DNA of 24,000 nucleotides from Halorubrum sp. BV1 (GCF_000746205.1 NZ_JQKV01000001.1:143652-167651); one strand, 5' to 3'. Shown: positions 8,924 to 16,788, counted from the stretch's first letter. The notes: generated by a model not told the origin, from the letters alone. Program-made: numbers and translations.

Positions 8924-8950
8924 AACAAAAGTTGAGACCGCGGATCTCAA
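8924..8950 (-). terminator. Candidate terminator of the long minus-strand operon (hairpin plus T-tract)
   Basis: Read on the minus strand: ttgaga-tccgcgg-tctcaa (6-bp stem, 7-nt loop), followed directly by cttttgtt. It lies about 108 nt downstream of the last ORF stop at 9058. Confidence 0.3.
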
Positions 8951-9057
8951 TGCATAGGTAGTCAGTCCAATCCTGTCTCTTTTGGCAGGTGATTTATGAA
9001 TGAGATTCTGTAGAGTACTTGGAGAACGAAACGCCCGAGAACTCAAGCGGAATATAC

Positions 9058-9739
9058 TCACTCCCAGGGTTTGGAGCGGGGCTTTGACGTGACAGATTCG
9101 TCGTCAAGCGCGCGAGTGGGGGCTATAGAGGCGTCCGAGAGTAACTCACAGGTCACGGAATGCCGCGTCAAAATCATCGTCTTCGAACCCGGTAGAGTCA
9201 ACATCTGCCTGTTCTTGGAGTCATCAATTTGTTCCACGAGTCGCCGGTATTCGTCATTCGGCTGGAGGTCTGACTCCGCTATCTCATTTTCAAGGACCGC
9301 CTTCGTCTGAAGCAACCGGTAGAGGTCGTCTACCGTTTCATCATACCGTTCCCGGGTTTGGCATTCGCTCGACCACGTCACGGATCTCGGCTTCCCCAAC
9401 CGGTTTGGTGATGTAGTCATCGAATCCCACCCCGATAACGTCGAAATCAGGTGTCACCGCCGAGACCATCACGACACGCGTTCCCATCTCTTGCTCACGG
9501 ATGCGCTTGAGCACCTCGTCACCAGACAGTCCAGGCATCCGCCGGTCCAAGAGGACAACATCGATCGTAGAATCAAAGATCTCGAGTGCCTCCTCTTCAT
9601 TATATGCGACCTCGACAAGATACTCATCCCGGAGCTATACAGCCATCAGATCGGCGAGGCCCTGATTATCGTCGACAATCAATACCCCTCCTGCGTTGCT
9701 CGATGTATCGTCACTTATCGGATTCCTCCGGGTCTGCAT
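9058..9739 (-). pseudogene. REC-HalX response regulator, disrupted by an in-frame TAG and a 1-nt frameshift
   Basis: My translation from the ATG at 9739 reads MQTRRNPISDDTSSNAGGVLIVDDNQGLADLMAV*LRDEYLVEVAYNEEEALEIFDSTIDVVLLDRRMPGLSGDEVLKRIREQEMGTRVVMVSAVTPDFDVIGVGFDDYITKPVGEAEIRDVVERM. The receiver signature residues are present (DD, LLD, S/T, K-P). The frame then stops at 9341. The HalX-like sequence (RERYDETVDDLYRLLQTKAVLENEIAESDLQPNDEYRRLVEQIDD) continues in another frame, the track ORF 9058..9420. The TAG is at 9635-9637. Confidence 0.75.
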
Positions 9740-12700
9740 CCTGCGTGTCGTCGGCTGTCCTCGACGAGGAATGAGGTTCGTCAGTGAACTCGACACCTGT
9801 GAATTCGAATCGCGCCCCGCCCGTACTACCGGAAGAGACAGTTACTTGCCAACCGTGAGCATCGGCGATCTGTTTCACGATATTCAGACCGAGACCCGTG
9901 CCCTGATCAGTCGTGTATCCCGGCTCGAAAAGCTGACCTCGGTCGCCTTCGGGGATGCCAGGGCCGTCGTCTTCGACGTAGAAGCCACGGTCTGAGTCAA
10001 GGTCTCCGATGGTGACAGCCACGTCCTCACCACCATGTTCGACCGCGTTTCGGAAGAGATTTTCTAGCAACTGTTTGAGCCGGGATCGGTCTGCCTGAAG
10101 TACGCTATCAGTCGTTGTGTGGATCTCGCTGTCGGTTGTTTCCACGTTCTGCCAACACTCATCGCTGAGAGCTTCGAGAGTGACTGCTTCGAAGTCCCCG
10201 ATGGCTTGTCCCGTCCGAAAGAGCGTTAATAAATCCTCGATGAGTGTCTCCATCCGCTCGTGCGCATGCTCGATCGCGTCGAGATGCTCGCTCTCACACT
10301 CTTTTTGAGCCTGCTGTCGCTCCCCTCGTGCAACGTTCAGCGGGTTCTGAAGGTCGTGTGACACGATGCTGGCAAAGTCGAACCGCTCGTTCCGGTGTTT
10401 GAGTTCCCGCACGTACTGTTTGCGTTCGGAAATATCGGGGCTGATTCCGATCATTCCGATAATCTCCCCATCCTCGTCACGGTACGGGTATTTGTTATCG
10501 AGGAAGACGTGCTCCTCGCCATCGATGAACCGGACCGTCTCCGCGGACATCTCCTCGCCAGACTCCATAACCTGCTTATCATCGGCACGAATGTCGGCTG
10601 CGCTTTCAGCGTCGAACAGGTCCTCGTCGTGTTTGCCGATAATCTCTTCGGGCGTATAACCGAACAGCTCAGCGCCGCTTTCATTAATGAACTGATAGTA
10701 GCCCTCTCTATCTTTGATATAGATCGCTTCAGACGTGTTCTGCACGATCGCCTCTAGTTGCCGGGTTTTCTCTGCTAATTTTTCTTCACGTTCGATGCGT
10801 TCGGAGATGTCCCGGAAGATGCCGTACGTGACTGGACCGTCCGGAAGCGGGACCGTCTCGACACTGATCTCGACTGGGACGTGGTCCCCGTTGTCGGTAA
10901 CTATATCGATGGGTGATCCATCGGGAAGTCGTCGCCTGGTTCCCCCCGTTTGAACGTGTTCCTCGAAGAGCTGCTGATAGAGGTCAGCCTGCTCGGAGGG
11001 ATGGAGCTCTGATTGATGCGAGCCGGTGATTTTGTCACTCGCCATCCCGAGCAAGGTTTCGGCAGCGTCGTTGACCTCGATAACTTCGCCCGTCTCGCCA
11101 TCGGCAACGAACACTGGATCCGGAGCCGCCCCAAGCAACGTTTCATACCGCTCTTTCAACTTTGAGAGTTCCTGTTCGCGCTCTTTGTGCTCGGAGATAT
11201 CCCGACAGACAATAAGATGCAAACCTGGGACGATATCATGTGTCACCGTCCACTCGACGATTCGTTCTGAACCATCCGGCCGAACCAACGTTGCAGTCTC
11301 GCGTTGCAGTCCGGAATCTCGATCATCTCTCGGAATATCACGGAACTCAAAACAATCAGTGGTAAATTCGTCGAACGATCGACCTACTACCTTTTCTTTT
11401 GGAAGACCAAAGAGGTTGGCGGTACTTTCATTCGCCCGGAGGGTCTGCCCCTCGTCGTCGACAATCATCAGCGTATCGGCTGTTTCCTCGAAGATACGCT
11501 GGAAGAGGTCTCCAGACTGCTGTCTGATCGGCACTATCTCGTTGGTATCGTCGCTCTCCGTCCCCTCTATGGACTGCGGGAGCGTTATTGTGATCGTCGT
11601 ACCTTCGTCGGAAACAGACGTTTCGATGTCTCCGCCGTGGCCCGTGACGACCCAATAGACCATCCAGAGACCGAGGCCTTCGCCGTGGATCAGCGGCTCT
11701 TCAGTTCCAGTTTCGAGTACCCGATATTCCTGTTCGGGGAGCCCTGGGCCATCGTCGGATATCTCTAATGTGATCGTTCCATGGTCGACTTCAGCGGAGA
11801 CGGTCACCCTGGGGGCGTCTGGGTGCTTGCACGCGTTTTCGATCAACTCGTGGAGCGCCGCTTTGAGGTTCTGATATCCCGATATTGGCACCTCATCTGG
11901 TCCAGTGACTTCTATCGAGGCTGCAGGATACTCGCCTTCGATATCCGCACTCACCTGACGGATCAACGTCATTACGTCGAACGATTGGCGTTCGACATTT
12001 TCCCCCAGGAAGACATCGAGTTCCGTCGCTTTCTCGGCGAGGGATACAATTCTGTCCATGGCGGAGATGACCTCACTTCCATCGATCGAATCGTCGTCGA
12101 GTTGGTCGACTATCATGTCCGTGTAGCCACGGATAACGTTGAACTCGTTGCGAATATTGTGTCGGAAGACTCTCAGCAGGACGGTGTTGAGCTGCTGTTG
12201 ACGGACGAGATTCTGTTCTCGTTTCTTTTGGTCGGTAATGTCGATGACGCCACCTCTGTAGCCCTTGATGGCTCCCTCGTCATCGGTGAGGGCGGTCACG
12301 CTGTCGGACACCCATCGAATCTCTCCATCAGCAGTTCGGACGCGATATTCGAACTGATCGAGTTCGCCGACCGACGTGAGGGTTTCAGAATACGTCGCAT
12401 ACGTGTCTGGATCCACAAATACCTCGTCTTCGATACTGTCTACCGCCGCGCACAGCTCCTCGCCACTCTCGTAGCCGAGCAGATCTGCAAACGCCGGATT
12501 CGCCATGGCATACTCGTCGAGTGTGGCAGTCGTCGTGTAGATGCCTTCGATTGCATTTTCAAAGAGCTGCTGATACTGTTCTTCCAGTTCCGAGGCGAGT
12601 TCCAGCGTGCCCCGGGTGGTTTTTTCCAGTTCTTCTTGCAGGGCTTCCTTTTCCTCAGTCCGTTGTTCCAATTGCATGGCTTCGATTTCGCGGCCGAGGA

Positions 12701-13181
12701 GGCGTGCAACCAGTTCGATGAACAGCTTCTCCTCGGTAGTAAATCCCTCCTCCCGAGGCGTTCGTTGGATAAAACAGACAGTCCCGTAGACCTCTCCACG
12801 CACGAACATCGTGGTTCCGAGATAACAATCGATGTCGTGTTCCTTGTAGGCCGGATCGTTTTGCCATCCCTGCTCTGGGGCATTCGAAATCGCAACGGGC
12901 GAGGGCTCCTGAACCGTATGGCGACAGTAGGTTTTGTCGCGGTCGAGCCTGGTTCCTTCCGGGAGCAGATCGGAATCATTGCCGACGCTGACAAGTATCT
13001 CGTCAGTTGTACTATCGTTGGGATGGCGCTGGATGTGGCCATTTGTGACTCCGAGATACTCTCTGCCTATTGCGAGGACGTGCCGTTGTTTCTCCTCTAA
13101 CGCCAATTCGTCATCATCCATCACCTCGTAGATCCGCTGGGTTGGTGGCGTTTTGTCCGCCGAGCCATTCTTAGTAGTCAT
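9711..13181 (-). CDS. Multidomain sensor histidine kinase with two complete transmitter modules. Order: GAF-like, coiled coil, PAS, HisKA/HATPase_c, three PAS, HisKA/HATPase_c.
   Basis: 1156 aa. GAF-like: TYCRHTV...CYLGTTMFVRGEVYGTVCFIQRTPRE. First H-box: LRVFRHNIRNEFNVIRGY (His341, codon 12159-12161), with N-box HELIENACKH, G1 DDGPGLP and G2 GEGLGLWMV. Three PAS-like segments follow (residues ~555-925). Second H-box: FASIVSHDLQNPLNVA (His942, codon 10356-10358), with ENLFRNAVEHGG, DDGPGIP and GTGLGLNIV. Confidence 0.9.
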   Translation of the reverse strand: MTTKNGSADKTPPTQRIYEVMDDDELALEEKQRHVLAIGREYLGVTNGHIQRHPNDSTTDEILVSVGNDSDLLPEGTRLDRDKTYCRHTVQEPSPVAISNAPEQGWQNDPAYKEHDIDCYLGTTMFVRGEVYGTVCFIQRTPREEGFTTEEKLFIELVARLLGREIEAMQLEQRTEEKEALQEELEKTTRGTLELASELEEQYQQLFENAIEGIYTTTATLDEYAMANPAFADLLGYESGEELCAAVDSIEDEVFVDPDTYATYSETLTSVGELDQFEYRVRTADGEIRWVSDSVTALTDDEGAIKGYRGGVIDITDQKKREQNLVRQQQLNTVLLRVFRHNIRNEFNVIRGYTDMIVDQLDDDSIDGSEVISAMDRIVSLAEKATELDVFLGENVERQSFDVMTLIRQVSADIEGEYPAASIEVTGPDEVPISGYQNLKAALHELIENACKHPDAPRVTVSAEVDHGTITLEISDDGPGLPEQEYRVLETGTEEPLIHGEGLGLWMVYWVVTGHGGDIETSVSDEGTTITITLPQSIEGTESDDTNEIVPIRQQSGDLFQRIFEETADTLMIVDDEGQTLRANESTANLFGLPKEKVVGRSFDEFTTDCFEFRDIPRDDRDSGLQRETATLVRPDGSERIVEWTVTHDIVPGLHLIVCRDISEHKEREQELSKLKERYETLLGAAPDPVFVADGETGEVIEVNDAAETLLGMASDKITGSHQSELHPSEQADLYQQLFEEHVQTGGTRRRLPDGSPIDIVTDNGDHVPVEISVETVPLPDGPVTYGIFRDISERIEREEKLAEKTRQLEAIVQNTSEAIYIKDREGYYQFINESGAELFGYTPEEIIGKHDEDLFDAESAADIRADDKQVMESGEEMSAETVRFIDGEEHVFLDNKYPYRDEDGEIIGMIGISPDISERKQYVRELKHRNERFDFASIVSHDLQNPLNVARGERQQAQKECESEHLDAIEHAHERMETLIEDLLTLFRTGQAIGDFEAVTLEALSDECWQNVETTDSEIHTTTDSVLQADRSRLKQLLENLFRNAVEHGGEDVAVTIGDLDSDRGFYVEDDGPGIPEGDRGQLFEPGYTTDQGTGLGLNIVKQIADAHGWQVTVSSGSTGGARFEFTGVEFTDEPHSSSRTADDTQDADPEESDK
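12222..12629 (-). repeat. Coiled-coil plus PAS cassette, copy A (paralogous to 14409..14816)
   Basis: LEKTTRGTLELASELEEQYQQLFENAIEGIYTTTATLDEYAMANPAFADLLGYESGEELCAAVDSIEDEVFVDPDTYATYSETLTSVGELDQFEYRVRTADGEIRWVSDSVTALTDDEGAIKGYRGGVIDITDQKK aligns without gaps to the kinase-2 segment. Most positions are identical. Confidence 0.85.
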
Positions 13182-13208
13182 CGGTTCAGGTCTCCCAGTA
13201 TGGTTTCG

Positions 13209-14969
13209 TCACCCATTATCCTCAGTGATAAGCAGGGGTGTGCCCCCACTGCCCGTGATTTCGAACCGTGCTCCACCGTCAGCTCCGTCCGTCACGTCAA
13301 TCTCCCACTGATGGGCTTCGACGATCCGCTTGACGATCGCCAGTCCGAATCCTGTTCCGCTCGAATTCGTTGTATATCCCTGCTCAAAGATGTCGTTCCG
13401 CGCCTCCGGCGGGATACCCGGTCCAGTGTCTTCGACGTAAAAGCCATCGTCCAACCGACCGACCGTGACGGTAACCGACTCACCACTGTGTTCGATGGCG
13501 TTCCGGAACAGATTTTCAAAGACTTCGACCAGCCGGCTTCGATCCGCTTCGAGGTGCCCGAGTGATTCAGTCCGGAGGGTGGCATTGGCTCTTGAAATTG
13601 AGTTCCACGCGTCGCGAGCGGTCTCTTCGAGGCGAATTGATTCGGTTTCCCCGACTGCCTTCCCTTGCCGTGAGAGTTCGAGAACATCCTCGATGATGGC
13701 TTCGATCCTATCAAGGGCTGTTTTTGCCGGGTCGAGATTGGTACTGTCACATTCCGCCTCTGCGAGGGCCACGCGTCCGTTTGCCACGTTCAGTGGATTC
13801 CGTATGTCATGAGAGATAATACTCGCAAACTCATCAAGACGGTCGCGTTCCCGGCGGAGCGTCGTTTCAGCCCGAATTTGGTAGAGGGCAGACGTCACAT
13901 GGTTGGCAAGCAAGTTGAGGAGTTCCTCATCATGGTCGTCGAATGCGTCTGGTTCGGTCGCAAACACCTGAATCAGACCTACGTCGTCAAGTGAGACGCC
14001 TAACAGTGCACGAAGATCCTTGCGTGCGTCCTCCCTCAGTCCCGGGGTTGCAGTTTTGGGGGAGTTGGATGAGTTATCTACGTTTACATCTAGTGGTGCC
14101 GTTCCTCGCATCTCGGTTACGTCATCCACGCGAAGAACCTCGTCAGATCGATAGGTTCGCCCGGCAAATCCAGTGTCAACTGGGACCGGATTGTACTGCT
14201 CCAGCGATTCATCACGCGAACTAGCGGTCGGGACAAGGTGATCGACTTCCGCAACGGCAAGATACACACTGGCACCGGGAAAGAGGGCGGCAGCACCGTC
14301 GACTGCACGCTGGTAAATTGCTGCTTCTGTGTCGGCATCAGCGATGTCAGTTGCAATCTCGTGAAGCTGAGTGACCTTGGACATGTGCTCCCGCAGTCGG
14401 TCTATCGCCTCTTTCCGCTCCGTGATGTCGATGACTCCACCTCTGAACCCGCTCATATCCTCCTGACTATCGGAGAGGGCGGTCACGTTATCCGAGACCC
14501 ACCGTATCTCGCCATCAACTGTTTTAACTCGATATTCGAACCGCTCAATCTCGCCCATAGACGATAGTAGCTCTGAACACGTTTCGTATCGGTCGGCGTC
14601 CACAAAGACGTCCTCCGCAATACTATCCACTGCCTCACAGAGTTTTTCACCGCTCTCGTAGCCGAGCAGGTCTGCAAACGCGGGGTTCGCCATGACATAC
14701 TCGTCAAGTGTGTCGGTGGTCGTGTAGATACCCTCTGCCGCCGTCTCGAAGAGCTGTTGGTACTGCTCTTCAAGCTCTGAGGCGAGTTGCAGCGTGCCTT
14801 GCGTCGTTTTCTCCAGTTCCGTGTGCAAGACCTCGTTTTCCTCGCGTAATCGTTCGTTTTCTGTCTGGAGTTCCCGCACTCGGTGGTTGATCGACTCCAG
14901 TGTGGGTTCTACCTCTGGGTCGGCACATGCTTTCGCGTTCTCCAAGAGTTGCTCGATCTGGTCAGTCAT
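13209..14969 (-). CDS. Sensor histidine kinase (coiled coil, PAS, GAF, HisKA, HATPase_c)
   Basis: The preferred start is the ATG at 14969 (MTDQIEQLLENAK...). It overlaps the upstream gene's end by 8 nt (ATGACTGA). The track start at 15002 is an alternative. The PAS is as in the repeat above. GAF-like region: IYQRAVDGAAALFPGASVYLAV...LLGVSLDDVGLIQVFATEPDAFDDHDEELLNLLANHV. H-box: EFASIISHDIRNPLNVA. HATPase_c: ENLFRNAIEHSG, EDTGPGIP, GTGFGLAIV. Confidence 0.9.
   Translation of the reverse strand: MTDQIEQLLENAKACADPEVEPTLESINHRVRELQTENERLREENEVLHTELEKTTQGTLQLASELEEQYQQLFETAAEGIYTTTDTLDEYVMANPAFADLLGYESGEKLCEAVDSIAEDVFVDADRYETCSELLSSMGEIERFEYRVKTVDGEIRWVSDNVTALSDSQEDMSGFRGGVIDITERKEAIDRLREHMSKVTQLHEIATDIADADTEAAIYQRAVDGAAALFPGASVYLAVAEVDHLVPTASSRDESLEQYNPVPVDTGFAGRTYRSDEVLRVDDVTEMRGTAPLDVNVDNSSNSPKTATPGLREDARKDLRALLGVSLDDVGLIQVFATEPDAFDDHDEELLNLLANHVTSALYQIRAETTLRRERDRLDEFASIISHDIRNPLNVANGRVALAEAECDSTNLDPAKTALDRIEAIIEDVLELSRQGKAVGETESIRLEETARDAWNSISRANATLRTESLGHLEADRSRLVEVFENLFRNAIEHSGESVTVTVGRLDDGFYVEDTGPGIPPEARNDIFEQGYTTNSSGTGFGLAIVKRIVEAHQWEIDVTDGADGGARFEITGSGGTPLLITEDNG
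14409..14816 (-). repeat. Coiled-coil plus PAS cassette, copy B (paralogous to 12222..12629)
   Basis: LEKTTQGTLQLASELEEQYQQLFETAAEGIYTTTDTLDEYVMANPAFADLLGYESGEKLCEAVDSIAEDVFVDADRYETCSELLSSMGEIERFEYRVKTVDGEIRWVSDNVTALSDSQEDMSGFRGGVIDITERKE. The similarity is also visible in the DNA (compare 12590-12640 with 14780-14830). Confidence 0.85.
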
Positions 14970-15999
14970 TGGTATCGGTGACGACGAGTGCAGTAGCGTC
15001 ATCCTCCGATTTGCCGTACTGTTTGAGCAACCGGTTCGCTATCGCGCCAGCTGGGTCGTCCCCTCCATCTCGTATGTCGTCCCAGTCCCATCTCGTCGAA
15101 ATACCATCAGAATACAACACCATCGTGAATCCTGGATCCCACTCTCGGGTGACGACAGATGCTCCTGGATTATTGCCCCCCACGACGCCCCGTCGGACGA
15201 TCAGCCCCGTCCATTCCGGGCCAGACAACTTCACATTGATATTTCCTATGTTGGCAAAGGTGAGCGTATGCTCCCTCCAGTCGAACTTCGCGAGTGCCAT
15301 CACGACGCCGCGTGTCCCCTTGCACGCGCGGTCAGCTCCGCGAAAGATTGACGCAAGCGGCCGCTCGACGTGTGACTCGACGTAGCTACGAGCTGTGGTC
15401 GCTGCTTTGTGCGCCCGGGATCCATGCCCGAGGCCGTCGATAACGCCCACCAGCGTCTTGTCATTCCACGTCTTGGCGATGAAGGCGTCACCGTTGACCT
15501 GCTCGGTGGAGATGGCCCGTGATGCAGCCCCAATTGAGGCGGGATTCGGCTTCGTTGTCTCATATTCCGGGATTAGCCACCGATCTGCGACCAGTCGCGT
15601 TCCAGCCTCGGGGCCTTCCGGGGTCGTGACCTCGAGTTCGTCCATCGTTTGATTCACGATGGAGAGGCCGAGCCCGAGCGAGCCAGCGGTCGAAGATCCC
15701 GTCGTGAATGCCGCTTCAATATCTTGGATCCCGGGGCCGGAATCTTCTGATTCAAGCCGAATTCCCGTCTGTGAATCTGCCGCAATTGTTTTGATCGAAA
15801 GTGTTCCGCCCCCGGCGTGTTTATCTAGGTTCGTCGCCAGTTCCGTCGCAACGAGTCCGAGTTCAGAGCTGATATCGTCCTCAAACCCTATCTCGGCTGC
15901 CGTCTGTTCTACCGTATGTTGTGCCCTGGTGGCATCAGCTGACTCGGAAATATCGATGTCGGTTTCAGTAGTAACAACGAGGTCGTCCGGTCTGCTCAT
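14962..15999 (-). CDS. ATP-binding SpoIIE/PP2C-family protein phosphatase: an N-terminal RsbT/RsbW-like HATPase domain fused to an RsbX-like PP2C domain
   Basis: True start is the ATG at 15999 (MSRPDDLVVTTETDIDISES...). The track ORF's 110-aa upstream extension to 16329 overlaps the rsbT-like gene out of frame. N-terminal domain: VATELATNLDKHAGGGTL, SEDSGPGI, TGSSTAGSLGLGLSIV. C-terminal domain: NGDAFIAKTWNDKTLVGVIDGLGHGSRAH...ANIGNINV...VLYSDGIS, the SpoIIE/RsbX-type motifs. Confidence 0.85.
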   Translation of the reverse strand: MSRPDDLVVTTETDIDISESADATRAQHTVEQTAAEIGFEDDISSELGLVATELATNLDKHAGGGTLSIKTIAADSQTGIRLESEDSGPGIQDIEAAFTTGSSTAGSLGLGLSIVNQTMDELEVTTPEGPEAGTRLVADRWLIPEYETTKPNPASIGAASRAISTEQVNGDAFIAKTWNDKTLVGVIDGLGHGSRAHKAATTARSYVESHVERPLASIFRGADRACKGTRGVVMALAKFDWREHTLTFANIGNINVKLSGPEWTGLIVRRGVVGGNNPGASVVTREWDPGFTMVLYSDGISTRWDWDDIRDGGDDPAGAIANRLLKQYGKSEDDATALVVTDTND

Positions 16000-16018
16000 C
16001 GTGATCGGCTCCGTCCTG

Positions 16019-16423
16019 TCATGAGTGCCACTTTGTGATCGTGATTGTCGTGCCCTCTCCTTGTTCCGTGTCGATCTCCATGTCGTCCATGAGCGTCTGT
16101 GTTCCGGACAGCCCACGGCCCAACCCATCCGACGTCGAAAATTCCCCCTCAAGCGCTGCGTCGGGATCGTCGATGCCTGGCCCCTGATCCTCGAAGATGA
16201 CCGTGAGACCGGTTCGATCGTCGTCGGTGATATGCTTCCATTCCATCGTTCCCTCACCGGCGTAAAGGTGGATGTTCCGGGCGAGTTCCGAGACAGCCGT
16301 GACGATCCGCGTGATATCCGTGGTGTCAAACCCGACTTGCTCAGCGGCGTCTCGGGCTTGTTGACGGGTCTGGAGCACGTCAGTTTCGGACTGGATCTCT
16401 ACTCGACCGGAGCCCTCGCTCAT
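16019..16423 (-). CDS. rsbT: RsbT-like anti-sigma-regulatory-factor-type serine/threonine protein kinase (HATPase_c_2)
   Basis: MSEGSGRVEIQSETDVLQTRQQARDAAEQVGFDTTDITRIVTAVSELARNIHLYAGEGTMEW...IFEDQGPGIDDPDAALEGEFSTSDGLGRGLSGTQTLMDDMEIDTEQGEGTTITITKW. This closely follows my memory of B. subtilis RsbT (ISELARNIYLYAG, DQGPGI, GFSTSGGLGAGLPG, LMDEF, GEGT.I...KW). Its ATG at 16423 overlaps the upstream stop as ATGA. Confidence 0.85.
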   Translation of the reverse strand: MSEGSGRVEIQSETDVLQTRQQARDAAEQVGFDTTDITRIVTAVSELARNIHLYAGEGTMEWKHITDDDRTGLTVIFEDQGPGIDDPDAALEGEFSTSDGLGRGLSGTQTLMDDMEIDTEQGEGTTITITKWHS

Positions 16424-16788
16424 GAGGGATCCCAACTTACTCCCAACATTTCGAGTGCATGATCGGTCGACCGGGCAGTCTCAACTGCATCCAACCGGTA
16501 TCCGAGTTCTGCAGCGGTCACAGCGACTTCCGGGCGGATCCCGGCAATCACTGTCGTCCCGCCCATGAGTTCGATCATCTGAGCCGTCTCCGAGATATGC
16601 CGGGCGAAAAACGAATCCATCAGTTGCACGTTGGACACGTCGAGGATGACGCCCTCAGGCTGGCTGGTTTCCATTTCTGCCAAGATCGCCTCTTGTAACT
16701 CGTCGACCACCGGGTCAGTCGGGTTGTTGGGAAACGTCCCCAACAGGATATCGTAGATTCGAACGACATTCGCGCTACCAGCCGACAT
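16420..16788 (-). CDS. rsbS: RsbS-like single-STAS-domain stressosome scaffold protein
   Basis: 122 aa: VVRIYDILLGTFPNNPTDPVVDELQEAILAEMETSQPEGVILDVSNVQLMDSFFARHISETAQMIELMGGTTVIAGIRPEVAVTAAELG. It parallels B. subtilis RsbS as I recall it (VIDLTSVDMIDSFIAK...[26 protein letters not shown]). The phospho-acceptor-equivalent Ser is at residue 59 (codon 16612-16614). Confidence 0.85.
   Translation of the reverse strand: MSAGSANVVRIYDILLGTFPNNPTDPVVDELQEAILAEMETSQPEGVILDVSNVQLMDSFFARHISETAQMIELMGGTTVIAGIRPEVAVTAAELGYRLDAVETARSTDHALEMLGVSWDPS

Noticed and set aside
8932-8950. Stem-loop ttgaga-ccgcgga-tctcaa considered as a tRNA anticodon arm or tRNA fragment marking an att site
   Set aside because: There is no flanking acceptor, D or T-arm (no GTTCGAATC-like box), and the loop lacks the U33 context. 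It is better explained as a terminator hairpin on the minus strand.
9635-9637. In-frame TAG in the response regulator read as pyrrolysine or programmed read-through
   Set aside because: The window shows no pyl genes, and the context is haloarchaeal, not methanogen. The same gene also carries a frameshift, so a pseudogene or sequencing error is the simpler explanation.
11781-13100. 439-aa plus-strand ORF, plus many 60-210-aa plus-strand ORFs between 9.4 and 17.6 kb
   Set aside because: All are antisense to the kinase and rsb-like genes, lack domain signatures, and are hydrophobic or Arg-rich, unlike the acidic proteins on the opposite strand.
16000-16329. Upstream 110 codons of track ORF 14962..16329
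   Set aside because: This extension overlaps the rsbT-like gene in another frame and translates to Arg/Ser/Thr-rich junk. The ATG at 15999, preceded by GGAG, gives a sensible N-terminus.
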